A stretch of 32,163 nucleotides of DNA, taken from the NCBI GenBank assembly GCA_034659295.1, contig JAYEGX010000074.1:1-32163 (forward strand), in the 5' to 3' direction. A program made the position numbers and the translations under genes. Shown here piece after piece: positions 10,119-19,611 of this stretch (positions are counted from its first letter, which is position 1; every line of letters starts with the position of its first letter). Source of the DNA: Candidatus Altiarchaeota archaeon. Its GTDB lineage: Archaea; Altiarchaeota; Altiarchaeia; IMC4; QMZM01. Below the pieces are notes generated by a model. It did not search any database. It was given only the letters and a program-made list of their open reading frames with translations, and had not been told where the DNA came from.

Positions 10119-11015
10119 ATGGTGAAAGCCAGCCAGAAACTGGATCTTGTGGTTTTCGGGGACACAGCCATAGACCACTTTTATGAGGTAGTCAAGATAC
10201 CCAAAATCAACGAGGCATCTGATGTTGTCAACTTCCACAGCTTTTATGGGGGGATGGGAGCCAACACCGCAGTGGTAGCTAACTCCCTCGGCCTCGATAC
10301 TGCGCTGGTCTCTGTTATCGGAACGGACGCGGAAGACTACAGGAACTACATGAAAAATCTTGGAATCAAGTTGTACCTTAAGGGTATATTCGGTGAGACC
10401 ACGAAATCAATGTTCTTCAAAAAATCCGGGAAACAGATAAGCTTCTTTTACAAGGGAGTCACTGAAAAACTAAACGAACTCGACTTCGATACAGATATCA
10501 TAGACTCCGCGAAATGCGTCTACCTTGCCAGAACCTACCTGGATTTGCAAAACAGGGTAGCCAGAAAATGCAGGAACAGGTTTCTGTTATACAACCCGGG
10601 TTATGGGGTCTTCAAGTTTGAGCAGATACCTAAAAAATTCAGGCAGATACTCAAGAAATGCGATGTTCTGGTATTAAACCACCATGAATTGGAGTATTTA
10701 GAGAATATCGGCTTCAGGCTGGACTTCAAGCTTGGACCTAGGGTTTTCCTCATAACAGGTGGTAAAAGAGGGGCTAGGGTCTACTTCAAGGGTGCGCAGA
10801 TTAATGTTCCCCCATACAAAAGAAACGCCGTTGACCCATCAGGAGCGGGAGACGCATTCAATGCAGGCTTTCTTGCAGCACACCTTAGAGATTATGATAT
10901 CTACGAATCTGTGAAGATAGCGAACGCTACAGCATCCTTTATCGTGGAGGAATGGGGATGTCAGACTAACCTGCCCTCATGGGAGGATGTTATGAGCAGA
11001 TACAATAAAATCTAA
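10119..11015 (+). CDS. PfkB-family carbohydrate/nucleoside kinase
   Basis: GGMGANTA, LVLNHHE, ITGGKRG, AVDPSGAGDAFNAGF (anion hole). Confidence 0.9.
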   Translation: MVKASQKLDLVVFGDTAIDHFYEVVKIPKINEASDVVNFHSFYGGMGANTAVVANSLGLDTALVSVIGTDAEDYRNYMKNLGIKLYLKGIFGETTKSMFFKKSGKQISFFYKGVTEKLNELDFDTDIIDSAKCVYLARTYLDLQNRVARKCRNRFLLYNPGYGVFKFEQIPKKFRQILKKCDVLVLNHHELEYLENIGFRLDFKLGPRVFLITGGKRGARVYFKGAQINVPPYKRNAVDPSGAGDAFNAGFLAAHLRDYDIYESVKIANATASFIVEEWGCQTNLPSWEDVMSRYNKI

Positions 11016-11019
11016 CCCC

Positions 11020-13935
11020 CTAAGCCTCTTTTTCTTTGCTTTTCAGGCCTTCAAGCTCAACCTCGACATCTATAAGCTTTTTCTCATAATCCTGAACCAG
11101 AGACCTGTATGCTTGCTCATCTATCTCTCTCTTGTGGAACTTAAACCTAGCCCGCATAATTTTCTTGTTGAATTCCTCATTCTTAACTTCCAGAGTATTC
11201 AATCTCTCCCTTTCCTCCGATGATAGTGACGGCTTCAGGCGTTTCCTTTCGGTTTCAACAATCTTTTTCATCTCCTTTTTTTGGTTGGATAACATGGCAA
11301 AGGTCTCTACATCCTCTAACAGCTTTTTATATTCTTCCTTGCTATCACGTTCCTCCATCTGCTTCTTTGCCTGTGAATACCAGGGGGGTAGGGAGGATTC
11401 AACATCCTCAATTACATCAAGGAAGTCATTCATTTCAACACCCCTTCTTAAACCGCCCTCGACAGCCTCCTGCCAGGGGATTTCAGAGGCTCTATTACAT
11501 ATCTCTTGTATATCAGCCGAGGAGTATCCATCAGTTAACTCGGCGAGCATCTCAACATTAATTTTCTCATCGACTGGTATGTCTCGCATATGAACCATGA
11601 AAATCTCAGCCCTCGCCCGCTTATTCGGCCTTGAGACCAGGATTTTTTTAGAGAACCGTCCGGCTCTCTTGATTGAGGGGTCCAGGATCCATGGAAAGTT
11701 GGTGGCCGCTATAACCATCAACATCTTGTTTTTCTTTGAGTTATCTAATTCCTCAAGGAGTATGTCCACTATACGTCTTTCTTTACCGGTGAGCAACAGG
11801 TCTCTTCTCATGGCTAAAGCATCTAGTTCATCAAAGAACAATATCGCTGGAGTGTTCTTGTTAGCTCTCTCAAATATCTCCCTGACATTCTTCTCGGATT
11901 GACCATCCTTGTCAGATATTATATCTGTTATTTTCACATCAAAAAAAGAGGCCTTGCACTCGCCTGCTGCAGCCTGCACTACATAGGTTTTACCACATCC
12001 TGGGGGGCCGTATAGTAGGATTGAACCAGCTTCCTTCCTGAACTCCTTAGCCAGATCCTCCCTCATCAGGGGGTAAACAATATTCTTTTTTATCTCATCC
12101 TTCACGTTCTTTAGATTACCTACATCTGCGAAGGTCAGCTGGGGCTTAACTGCTTCATCAATCCCGCCCCCGTATTTGAGTATATGCTCAGAGAACTTCT
12201 TGAACCATTCTGTCTCACCGCTATCCCTTATCTCTTTCGCAGCAATCTTGAACCAGGGAATCAGGGAAGACTTTTGTTTTTCTATAGCGGCCATAAAATC
12301 CTTTATGGAGATCTCTCTTTTTCCCCCACCATCCAACGCCTCCTGCCAGGGCCTGTCAGCAGCCTGATCGCAGATGACTTTTATGTCAGATGACGAGTAG
12401 GATTCTGTTAACTCCGCCAGTTTCTCGAAATCTATGCCGGAAGATATTGGAAGCTTCTTGGTGTGTAGTTTAAATATCGCTAAACGGGTTTCAAGATCAG
12501 GGGGTGGGATAAATATTTGTTTGGTAAACCTGACAGACCTCCTCAGGGCCGGGTCAATGTTCCAGGGAACGTTTGTGGAGGCCATAACCAGCACATCCTC
12601 TCCCAGACTGTCAACTCCATCCATCTCCATCAGGAACTGGTCTATTTCCATCTTCTCCGCATAGGAGCGGCCCTTAACCCTTCGACCTCCTATCGCGTCT
12701 ATCTCATCAAAGAATATTATCGCAGGAGAGCTTCTCCTAGCCTCCTCAAATACCTCATGAAGGCTTCTGGCGCCCTCCTCCACCCCACGGGATATGATGT
12801 CGCTTATGTTGACGTTAAAAAATACGACACCGCATTCCCCTACCGTCGCCTTAGCTATGTAGGTTTTACCGCATCCTGGAGGGCCATAGAGCAGGATTGC
12901 CCCACCGCCTTTTTTCCCGAACTCCTTGGCCAGCTCCGGCTTGGTCAGGGGATATACTATCGCCTGCCTGATCTCGTTTTTTATGCCCTCTAAATTAGCG
13001 ACATCAGAGAAATTTATGGTCGAAGCCTCCACCGGAACAGCATTCTTAGAACCTATGGCTGTTCCAATAGCTACCGGCTTAAGTGGTTCCCCCCCCATGA
13101 TTGTTGATTTAGGCATGGCGTTCCTGCAAACAGGGAAGTGCATTTTCGGTTCGATCTTCATGTGCTGCTCGCTCTTTTCTCTAACACCCTGCAGATAAGG
13201 CAGTAATGTGATGCCCTCCAGCTCAACCTTTCCGCTGAATAACAGACCAAGAACCTCGCTTATTTTGTCTATGGAGTACTTGATTTTGTCTTTATCATAT
13301 CCTGCGACCGTGATTTTTGTTTCCTTCAGGTGAGCGGATAGATCCCAGCCATCGTCCCTGAAATGTGGGAAATCGTAGTTGAATTTCACCCTCCTTTTCA
13401 CAAGAATCTCCTCATCACCTGAGCTGAATTCCTGCCATAGGGTAGCTAGCATAACCTTTAGGGAGGGTTTGAATGATTTAACCAGGGCAAGCCGCTCTAG
13501 ATCCAAAACAGATTCCATATTAAGCTCATCATGGAATATCCACTCATGTGCCATCAGCTGACCCAGCGTGTTTATTGATTTATTTGGAAGGTCTATTATC
13601 TTCCTCAGTAGGTCGTAGGTGTCCACTCTGACAGATTGGAGCGGGATTTTGGAGGGGAAATGATACATGTCTGCTGTGCTCAGATCAACGTAGAAGTAGT
13701 TGTCCCTGATTTTGTAGATTGTCTCGGTGGCTATCAGGCCTTTTTTCTCTTCCTCCTGGTGGGATATCTTAAGCCTTGCCAGGGGCCTGTAGGCTTTTTT
13801 CAGCTCCACAGCCTCGTGGGTTATCGCTCTCTTAAGAGAGCCTACAGGAGAGTCCTCTAACGCCCCCAGCTCAGCTATCTTCTCGGCTGCTTTTGATATG
13901 GCGAAAGAGCTGGTTTCAACCCTCTTAATTTTCAT
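11020..13935 (-). CDS. Tandem AAA+ ATPase (two classical AAA modules) with unrecognised N-terminal domain and C-terminal coiled coil
   Basis: Two GPPGCGKT Walker A motifs, IIFFDEID and ILFFDELD Walker B motifs, SRH STNVPW..DPALRRSVRF and ATNFPW..DPSIKRAGRF. The ~300-aa N-terminus does not look like the CDC48 N-domain. Confidence 0.9.
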   Translation of the reverse strand: MKIKRVETSSFAISKAAEKIAELGALEDSPVGSLKRAITHEAVELKKAYRPLARLKISHQEEEKKGLIATETIYKIRDNYFYVDLSTADMYHFPSKIPLQSVRVDTYDLLRKIIDLPNKSINTLGQLMAHEWIFHDELNMESVLDLERLALVKSFKPSLKVMLATLWQEFSSGDEEILVKRRVKFNYDFPHFRDDGWDLSAHLKETKITVAGYDKDKIKYSIDKISEVLGLLFSGKVELEGITLLPYLQGVREKSEQHMKIEPKMHFPVCRNAMPKSTIMGGEPLKPVAIGTAIGSKNAVPVEASTINFSDVANLEGIKNEIRQAIVYPLTKPELAKEFGKKGGGAILLYGPPGCGKTYIAKATVGECGVVFFNVNISDIISRGVEEGARSLHEVFEEARRSSPAIIFFDEIDAIGGRRVKGRSYAEKMEIDQFLMEMDGVDSLGEDVLVMASTNVPWNIDPALRRSVRFTKQIFIPPPDLETRLAIFKLHTKKLPISSGIDFEKLAELTESYSSSDIKVICDQAADRPWQEALDGGGKREISIKDFMAAIEKQKSSLIPWFKIAAKEIRDSGETEWFKKFSEHILKYGGGIDEAVKPQLTFADVGNLKNVKDEIKKNIVYPLMREDLAKEFRKEAGSILLYGPPGCGKTYVVQAAAGECKASFFDVKITDIISDKDGQSEKNVREIFERANKNTPAILFFDELDALAMRRDLLLTGKERRIVDILLEELDNSKKNKMLMVIAATNFPWILDPSIKRAGRFSKKILVSRPNKRARAEIFMVHMRDIPVDEKINVEMLAELTDGYSSADIQEICNRASEIPWQEAVEGGLRRGVEMNDFLDVIEDVESSLPPWYSQAKKQMEERDSKEEYKKLLEDVETFAMLSNQKKEMKKIVETERKRLKPSLSSEERERLNTLEVKNEEFNKKIMRARFKFHKREIDEQAYRSLVQDYEKKLIDVEVELEGLKSKEKEA

Positions 13936-14038
13936 TTCATTAGATATTGCCTTTTATACCTTTTATAAACACTTGGTTTTTTAGTCTGGTGCTTCTAAAT
14001 AGAATACAGTAGAGGGAATTAACTTCAGGCAGGTAATT

Positions 14039-14224
14039 ATGGATGAAAAAAATGCGGGTGCGGGTTCTGGAACCAAAACGCTTAAAAAGCCGTCTAGAGA
14101 ATCTAAAGTGAAGGAAGGTAGTGATGAAGCGCTTATGGCGGCCATAGTCTACGCTTTATACGGTACCTACGCATGCTACAAGGGTGAAGATTTCAGGTAC
14201 GTTGCCATAGCGGATATGTTATAA
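14039..14224 (+). CDS. Small hypothetical protein
   Basis: 61 aa; stop overlaps the next ATG (TAATG), consistent with translational coupling; short hydrophobic helix EALMAAIVYALY. Confidence 0.4.
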   Translation: MDEKNAGAGSGTKTLKKPSRESKVKEGSDEALMAAIVYALYGTYACYKGEDFRYVAIADML

Positions 14225-14916
14225 TGGAGGTGGAAAAGATGAAATACAATATTAGGGGAACAACACTGCAGGTGGTGGATATCGAACTAGAGGAGGGTGA
14301 ATCAGTTTACACGGAGGCTGGGGGTATGGCATGGATGTCCCCCAACATAGATATGGAGACCAACACCCGTGGCGGGATTATGAAAGGCCTTGGTAGGATG
14401 TTCGCAGGAGAATCTCTTTTCATGGCAACCTACACATGCAATAAAGGCACTGGATTGATATCTTTCGCCAACGAGTTCCCGGGAAAGGTTATTCCCATGG
14501 AATTGAGGGAGGGGGAGAACATAATAGCCCAGAGAGACGCTTTCATGTGCGCTGAATCAACGGTGGGTATGCAAATGCACTTCAGGAAAAAACTGGGTGC
14601 AGGCCTCTTTGGTGGTGAGGGTTTTATTATGCAAAAATTATCCGGTCCCGGAACTGCATTCATAGAGCTTGCGGGTGAGATAACGAAATACACCCTTAAG
14701 GGAGGGCAGATGCTTAAGGTGGACCCTGGATACATTGGTATGTTTGAACCGGGTGTGGAGTTTGATGTGACCCGGGTTAAGGGAGTCAAGAACATATTCT
14801 TCGGGGGGGAAGGCATGTTCCTGGCTACATTGAAGGGCCCTGGTGATGTGTGGCTGCAGTCCATGCCGTTATCGAACCTCGCCGGGAGACTGGGAAGATA
14901 CCTGCCTAAAGGATAA
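14224..14916 (+). CDS. TIGR00266/AIM24-family protein
   Basis: GESVYTEAGGMAWM, FAGESLF, GLFGGEGFIMQKLSGPG, FFGGEGMFLATLKGPGDVWLQSMP. Confidence 0.92.
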   Translation: MEVEKMKYNIRGTTLQVVDIELEEGESVYTEAGGMAWMSPNIDMETNTRGGIMKGLGRMFAGESLFMATYTCNKGTGLISFANEFPGKVIPMELREGENIIAQRDAFMCAESTVGMQMHFRKKLGAGLFGGEGFIMQKLSGPGTAFIELAGEITKYTLKGGQMLKVDPGYIGMFEPGVEFDVTRVKGVKNIFFGGEGMFLATLKGPGDVWLQSMPLSNLAGRLGRYLPKG

Positions 14917-14918
14917 AT

Positions 14919-15152
14919 ATGGACCTGGTTTACGAACTGGCGGCTATCGCAGCCCTTGCGTTATTTGCCGTCCTTTTTCTTTTATTCTTTATTGGCATAC
15001 TCTCCTCAGTCTTTGGTGTAGCTTGGGGGTTTATGGATTTCCTCCTTGAGCCCATGGCTTCACTGTATTACAGAATATTCGGCAAGAAGGAGGATAATTC
15101 AAGCAGCGATTATTCTATCGACCAGGGGGAGGAGGTTGAAAAGAAAAACTAA
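14919..15152 (+). CDS. Small membrane protein
   Basis: Long hydrophobic N-terminal segment followed by a charged tail; starts 2 bp after the AIM24 stop. Confidence 0.65.
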   Translation: MDLVYELAAIAALALFAVLFLLFFIGILSSVFGVAWGFMDFLLEPMASLYYRIFGKKEDNSSSDYSIDQGEEVEKKN

Positions 15153-15943
15153 AGCTTAACCAGCTCAACTGTTTGTATATCACCCCCCCTGTCCGCTATG
15201 GAGGTTACGATAATGTTCAGCGCCTGGTTCACGGCCAGCTCATCAAGCCCTGTGACATCAATAAACACGTCTGTTGTGGAATTTCTTATCCTAGTGAGCT
15301 CCCCGTTTATTATCGGAGGGAAGGACAGTATATCGTTGTTTTTATCCACTATTATGGGATACCTGCTTAACCCGTTAAGGATCCATGCGTACTCTTGACC
15401 CGTGGGGTGTTTCGTTAGTATTTCTTTTGGAGTCAGTTCCTCGGCCATGCCAAGGGGCTTGAATTTTATGCCATCAGGTTTCACTGCCTTGTAGGTGTAG
15501 GGTCCCTCTATTTCTCTCATGTCGTGCACCCCAATCGCTACCTTCTTCCTGTGTCTGCCGTGTGTTACGTGTAATTTCTCCTGCAGGTTCATAAGGGAGA
15601 TCAGACGCTTCTCGTTGAGTGTCAGGTTACGGATTACTGCCGCAGAGATGACGGGCCGTACCTTATCCACAGAGTTATCTATGTTCAGGGTAACACCTGA
15701 CTCTGTGAGTTCATATTCCGTTAAGCCGGTCTCGTCACCCAAAAAACCGTTGAGCGCTCTTGCGAAACCCTCCACAGATAAAAGATCAGGTCTGTTGGGA
15801 AACACCTCAACCACGATTTTGTCCTGGTCTATGCTCTCCAGATCAACCCCCAGCATGGGAATCTTGTCCCATAAATCCTTCGCGCTGTATTGTTTGACGA
15901 GAAGGGAGCGCAGGTCATCGTAGTCTAATTCTATGGTAGGCAT
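15149..15943 (-). CDS. pheT: Stand-alone N-terminal portion of archaeal PheRS beta subunit (B1 plus B3/4 editing domain)
   Basis: MPTI..EVFPNRPDLLSVEGFARAL, NLQEKLH, RKKVAIGVHD, SFPPIING, FIDVTG. It stops at 264 aa, about half the length of a typical archaeal PheT. Confidence 0.85.
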   Translation of the reverse strand: MPTIELDYDDLRSLLVKQYSAKDLWDKIPMLGVDLESIDQDKIVVEVFPNRPDLLSVEGFARALNGFLGDETGLTEYELTESGVTLNIDNSVDKVRPVISAAVIRNLTLNEKRLISLMNLQEKLHVTHGRHRKKVAIGVHDMREIEGPYTYKAVKPDGIKFKPLGMAEELTPKEILTKHPTGQEYAWILNGLSRYPIIVDKNNDILSFPPIINGELTRIRNSTTDVFIDVTGLDELAVNQALNIIVTSIADRGGDIQTVELVKL

Positions 15944-16084
15944 CTTGGTCTTATATCTTTTACCTTACGAATTTAAATCATAAAACATAGATCAGTGTAT
16001 TAGATGAGTAGGATATAAATGAAGCTTTAAACCTTCTTTACTGAATAGATTATACTCTTTCAGCTTTACAGAGCCCAAAAAAAA

Positions 16085-17605
16085 ATGTTTAGGACCAGTG
16101 TAGAGGACATAAAGATTGCGCTGCATGAGCTTAGCGAGATACTGAGGGCAACATCCTTTGTCTTCTTGGTGCCCATAGTATTCACTCTTCTTTATTTCAG
16201 GTGGGATAACATAACACTTCTCTTTGAGAGGGTTATGGTTTTCCTTGTGCCTTTTATCATAGTTTACCTGTTACACCTGCTTTTTGGGAGGATGCCCTGT
16301 AAATATGAGAAAAAAACCAAGCACATAATGATGGCTGTCTCGATGGGATGGATTCTGATTGCTGCCGTGGGAGCAATCCCCTATTTTTTAAGCGGTACAT
16401 TAGGTCCTCTGGATTCATTTTTTGAATCCATGTCCGGCTGGACTACAACGGGCATGACTATGATAGAATACCCTGAGAACCTTTTGGAGGATAAGAAGGA
16501 TATATTATTTTATAGAAGCTTCACCCAGTGGATTGGCGGGGTCGGCATTATTGTCTTGACCATGATAGTTTTCCTAAGGGAGGGAACGGCTGCTATTGAG
16601 TACTATTCCTCTGAGGTGGGCAGCCTGAAGCTTAAACCCAGCATCAGAAAAACCGTCAAGGAGACATGGAAGATCTATATCCTTTATACGATAGCATGCA
16701 CAATACTCCTTTTTCTTGTGGGGATGGACAACATGGATTTATTCGATGCCCTCAACCATTCCATGACTGCTTTGCCCACGGGGGGTTTCTCCACCCACTC
16801 CGAGAGCATCTATTTTTTCCAGAATCCGTTGGTCGAACTAATCCTCATAGTATTTATGATGGCCGGGGGAATCAGTTTCATAATTCATTACAGGGCATTC
16901 GAGGGTAAGAAAAGCCATATAAGCAGGAACATCGAGTTCAGGTACATGGTGGTATTGGTTTTGGTGACAACAGCAGTATTGTTTATTGTCTTCCTGGCAG
17001 ATGAGGGAGCCCTCAACAGCTTACGTATATCATTGTTCCAGACAGTTTCCATATTAACAACAACAGGTTTCGGGACCGCAGACATAGCCGGCTGGCCGGT
17101 ACCAACACAGACCATCCTGCTCCTTCTGATGCTTATAGGCGGGAGTTATGGTTCAACCGGAAGCGGTGTTAAGATGTTGAGGGCGGTGGTTATTGTTAAG
17201 GCACTTGTTTATTCAATTAAGAGGTTCACCCTGCCCAAAAGCGTTATGTTAAGGCTTACGGTGGGTGATAACACCATCGACTACGATGAGATAACCTACG
17301 TGTTCGCCTTTTTTACCACATACCTGCTCATAACCTTTGTGGGGGCTTTTATTCTGACGGCAGTGGGTTATGGAGGGTATGAGTCTGCATCCGCCTCCCT
17401 CTCAGCCATAAGCAACGTAGGCCCCTGCAGCATACCTCTTTTTATAGTAAACGCTGATGGCAAGACAGTAACCAACGATGGATGGTTCAGGATGCCTGAT
17501 TTGGGTAAAATAACACTCATGCTACTGATGTGGGTTGGCAGGCTGGAAATCTTCCCGGTGCTGGTGCTTTTCACCATATTCTTCAAGAAAAAAAGGAGGA
17601 GATAA
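16085..17605 (+). CDS. trkH: Trk potassium uptake membrane protein
   Basis: Four pore loops: FESMSGWTTTG, ALPTGGF, ILTTTGF, AISNVGP. Also GSTGSGVK and C-terminal WVGRLEI. Confidence 0.93.
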   Translation: MFRTSVEDIKIALHELSEILRATSFVFLVPIVFTLLYFRWDNITLLFERVMVFLVPFIIVYLLHLLFGRMPCKYEKKTKHIMMAVSMGWILIAAVGAIPYFLSGTLGPLDSFFESMSGWTTTGMTMIEYPENLLEDKKDILFYRSFTQWIGGVGIIVLTMIVFLREGTAAIEYYSSEVGSLKLKPSIRKTVKETWKIYILYTIACTILLFLVGMDNMDLFDALNHSMTALPTGGFSTHSESIYFFQNPLVELILIVFMMAGGISFIIHYRAFEGKKSHISRNIEFRYMVVLVLVTTAVLFIVFLADEGALNSLRISLFQTVSILTTTGFGTADIAGWPVPTQTILLLLMLIGGSYGSTGSGVKMLRAVVIVKALVYSIKRFTLPKSVMLRLTVGDNTIDYDEITYVFAFFTTYLLITFVGAFILTAVGYGGYESASASLSAISNVGPCSIPLFIVNADGKTVTNDGWFRMPDLGKITLMLLMWVGRLEIFPVLVLFTIFFKKKRRR

Positions 17606-17611
17606 CCGGTT

Positions 17612-18349
17612 TTAGGGCTCCAGTACCTTAATACCTAAGCCTTCAACAAACTCCAGGGGGTGTATTACCTCACTGTGCCCGGTGGCGCGCATTTTCTTGA
17701 TGACCAGATTCCTGCCTTTTACAGGTCCTGTAAGCTCGTATCTCAGGTTTATAACCCCATCGGTGAGGGATTCGGGTAGGGTATCCATCTCAAAGCTTCT
17801 GACATCGCCAGACTCTGAGATGACAATAGATGTAACTCCCAGCTTCTTTAACTTCGTGAGAAAGGTTTCGGTCAGAATCCTTGAGGCCACCAGCGGATGC
17901 TTTGGATCCGGGATGATTGCATCCACATCCCTGATAGCGGAGTATGCGATGCTAACGTCCTGCCACGGTATTGGATGGAAGGATATGTGCGATAGAGAGT
18001 CTATGACCACCCTATCATACCCTCCTTTTTTGATGTCATTAAGTATCTTGGAGATATCGAATTGTGAGGTATCAACCTCCAGCATCTCCAGGAGTCCCTC
18101 AGCCATTTTAGACCTGAGGTTCCAGCCGAACATCTCCGCCTGATCCAGTAGTTCATTGGCCCCCTGTAGCAGGGAGACGTATATCCCCTTTTGACCCTCC
18201 ATGGCCCCGGTATACAGATACCCCAGGCCGAAAATTGATTTACCAGTACCAGGAGCCCCTGAAACAAGAATGGAATATCCCTTGGGGAAACCACCCCCAA
18301 TTAGTTCATCCAAGCCACTGATCCCTGTTTTTATCCGCTCCATTTCCAT
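17612..18349 (-). CDS. Single-domain KaiC-like/RAD55-family RecA-fold ATPase
   Basis: RIKTGISGLDELIGGGFP, Walker A GAPGTGKS, Walker B VVIDS, DGVI.L, LVIKKMRATGHS. Confidence 0.9.
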   Translation of the reverse strand: MEMERIKTGISGLDELIGGGFPKGYSILVSGAPGTGKSIFGLGYLYTGAMEGQKGIYVSLLQGANELLDQAEMFGWNLRSKMAEGLLEMLEVDTSQFDISKILNDIKKGGYDRVVIDSLSHISFHPIPWQDVSIAYSAIRDVDAIIPDPKHPLVASRILTETFLTKLKKLGVTSIVISESGDVRSFEMDTLPESLTDGVINLRYELTGPVKGRNLVIKKMRATGHSEVIHPLEFVEGLGIKVLEP

Positions 18350-18400
18350 TTTGTCTAGTATTATCTTAGGATTGATAGTGTATTAAATAAAAGGAGATGA

Positions 18401-19609
18401 TTATATAAAATCGGTAATCCTTTTCTGCCTTAATGCCTCGCTCCTTTTGATATAGTCTTTTACGGGGAGCCTGAGTCTTCCGGCAAGGTGCTTTAATGCA
18501 CCATCGAGTGTTTTGAAACAAACTGGTTTTTTCCCAAGCGCTGCTCTGACGTTCTCCCTGACCTCCCAGACACCTACGGGAACTACATACCCTTCAGAGA
18601 TTTCCCGAAACACTATAACACGGGCCTGCCTGCCTATCAGGTGTAGGAACTCGGTTACAGCAAACCTTGATGCATAATAGCCGCCTCCCTGCTTTTCTGC
18701 ATAGGTTGTTCTTCCGGTGAAGGGTTCGTTTTCCTGGATAATCGCCGGTTTTGAGGCGGATAGAGTCCATAGGGTCCTTGGCGCCCATGCCTCGAACTGC
18801 TCGAACTCCCAGCTTCCTGGAATCATAAGTATCTGGAAGTGGTTGTCAAGGTAGGTGTTGGAGTATAGCATGATGTCGTTAATTAAGGGATAAGTTTTTA
18901 TCTCCTTCATCTGTTCCTTGGAGATGATGTCGTCTACTGCCGTAATCGACCACCTTGTCGGAACAAGTCTTCTGTCATCCATGGAGCCTAATGCCCCTGA
19001 AGAAAAAATCTTGGTGAGGTAGTAGACGTCGAATTTGCGGCTGTAGAGGTCAACGAGGGATTCCCCTGCTCCAAGCTCGTCGGAAACAATCCTGTCAACT
19101 TTTTTCGGGATTTTTGGGTTCTCAGCAAGAGATAACCTCTCCAGCATACCTGATGGGCCCATTGGCTGATTAACTGACGAAAAAGATAGGTTGTAGGAGG
19201 GTGTTTTCTTGAACTTGTTTTCCACATAAACCGGTTTTGAAGCCAACGCTATCTCCTGCACCTCCTCAGTGAACGGGTTTTTGTCTTTTACCATGTGCCG
19301 CTTTTTCGACCTCAAAAGAAGGGATCGCATCTCCACTATATCATTCAGTGAGGAGCCGTACCATTTTTTGGGGTTGTCCAGTAAACCCGCCAGCTCATCG
19401 TCTAGGGAGGTCATCGGGCCCACGTAAACATTAGGGTAGCTGTGGTGTCCCACAAAAACAGAGGGTGATTTCCCGTAAACCAGATCAGATAGTTTCTCTT
19501 TTCTGGGCTGCTGGATTCTTATCTTTTGGAGCAGCGGGCAAAAGCTTTCCCCGCACAGAAGCCGTGCTCCTTTACAGATAAGGCAAAGTTCTCTGGAAAG
19601 GGGCTTCAT
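18401..19609 (-). CDS. nreA: Nre-family PCNA-interacting DNA repair protein
   Basis: N-terminal CLICKG..LCG..CP, RRLVPTRWSITAVDD, YVVPVGVWEVRENVR and a C-terminal PIP box QKRITDFI. Confidence 0.92.
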   Translation of the reverse strand: MKPLSRELCLICKGARLLCGESFCPLLQKIRIQQPRKEKLSDLVYGKSPSVFVGHHSYPNVYVGPMTSLDDELAGLLDNPKKWYGSSLNDIVEMRSLLLRSKKRHMVKDKNPFTEEVQEIALASKPVYVENKFKKTPSYNLSFSSVNQPMGPSGMLERLSLAENPKIPKKVDRIVSDELGAGESLVDLYSRKFDVYYLTKIFSSGALGSMDDRRLVPTRWSITAVDDIISKEQMKEIKTYPLINDIMLYSNTYLDNHFQILMIPGSWEFEQFEAWAPRTLWTLSASKPAIIQENEPFTGRTTYAEKQGGGYYASRFAVTEFLHLIGRQARVIVFREISEGYVVPVGVWEVRENVRAALGKKPVCFKTLDGALKHLAGRLRLPVKDYIKRSEALRQKRITDFI

Positions 19610-19611
19610 CT

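Noticed and set aside
11020-13935. Calling the AAA protein CDC48/VAT or Vps4/CdvC
   Set aside because: No recognisable CDC48 N-domain or MIT domain, pore loops are atypical, and no ESCRT genes are nearby. Left unassigned.
14039-14224. OadG/MmdD-like decarboxylase subunit suggested by DEALMAAIVYAL
   Set aside because: The resemblance is one short helix, with no N-terminal TM and no decarboxylase genes nearby.
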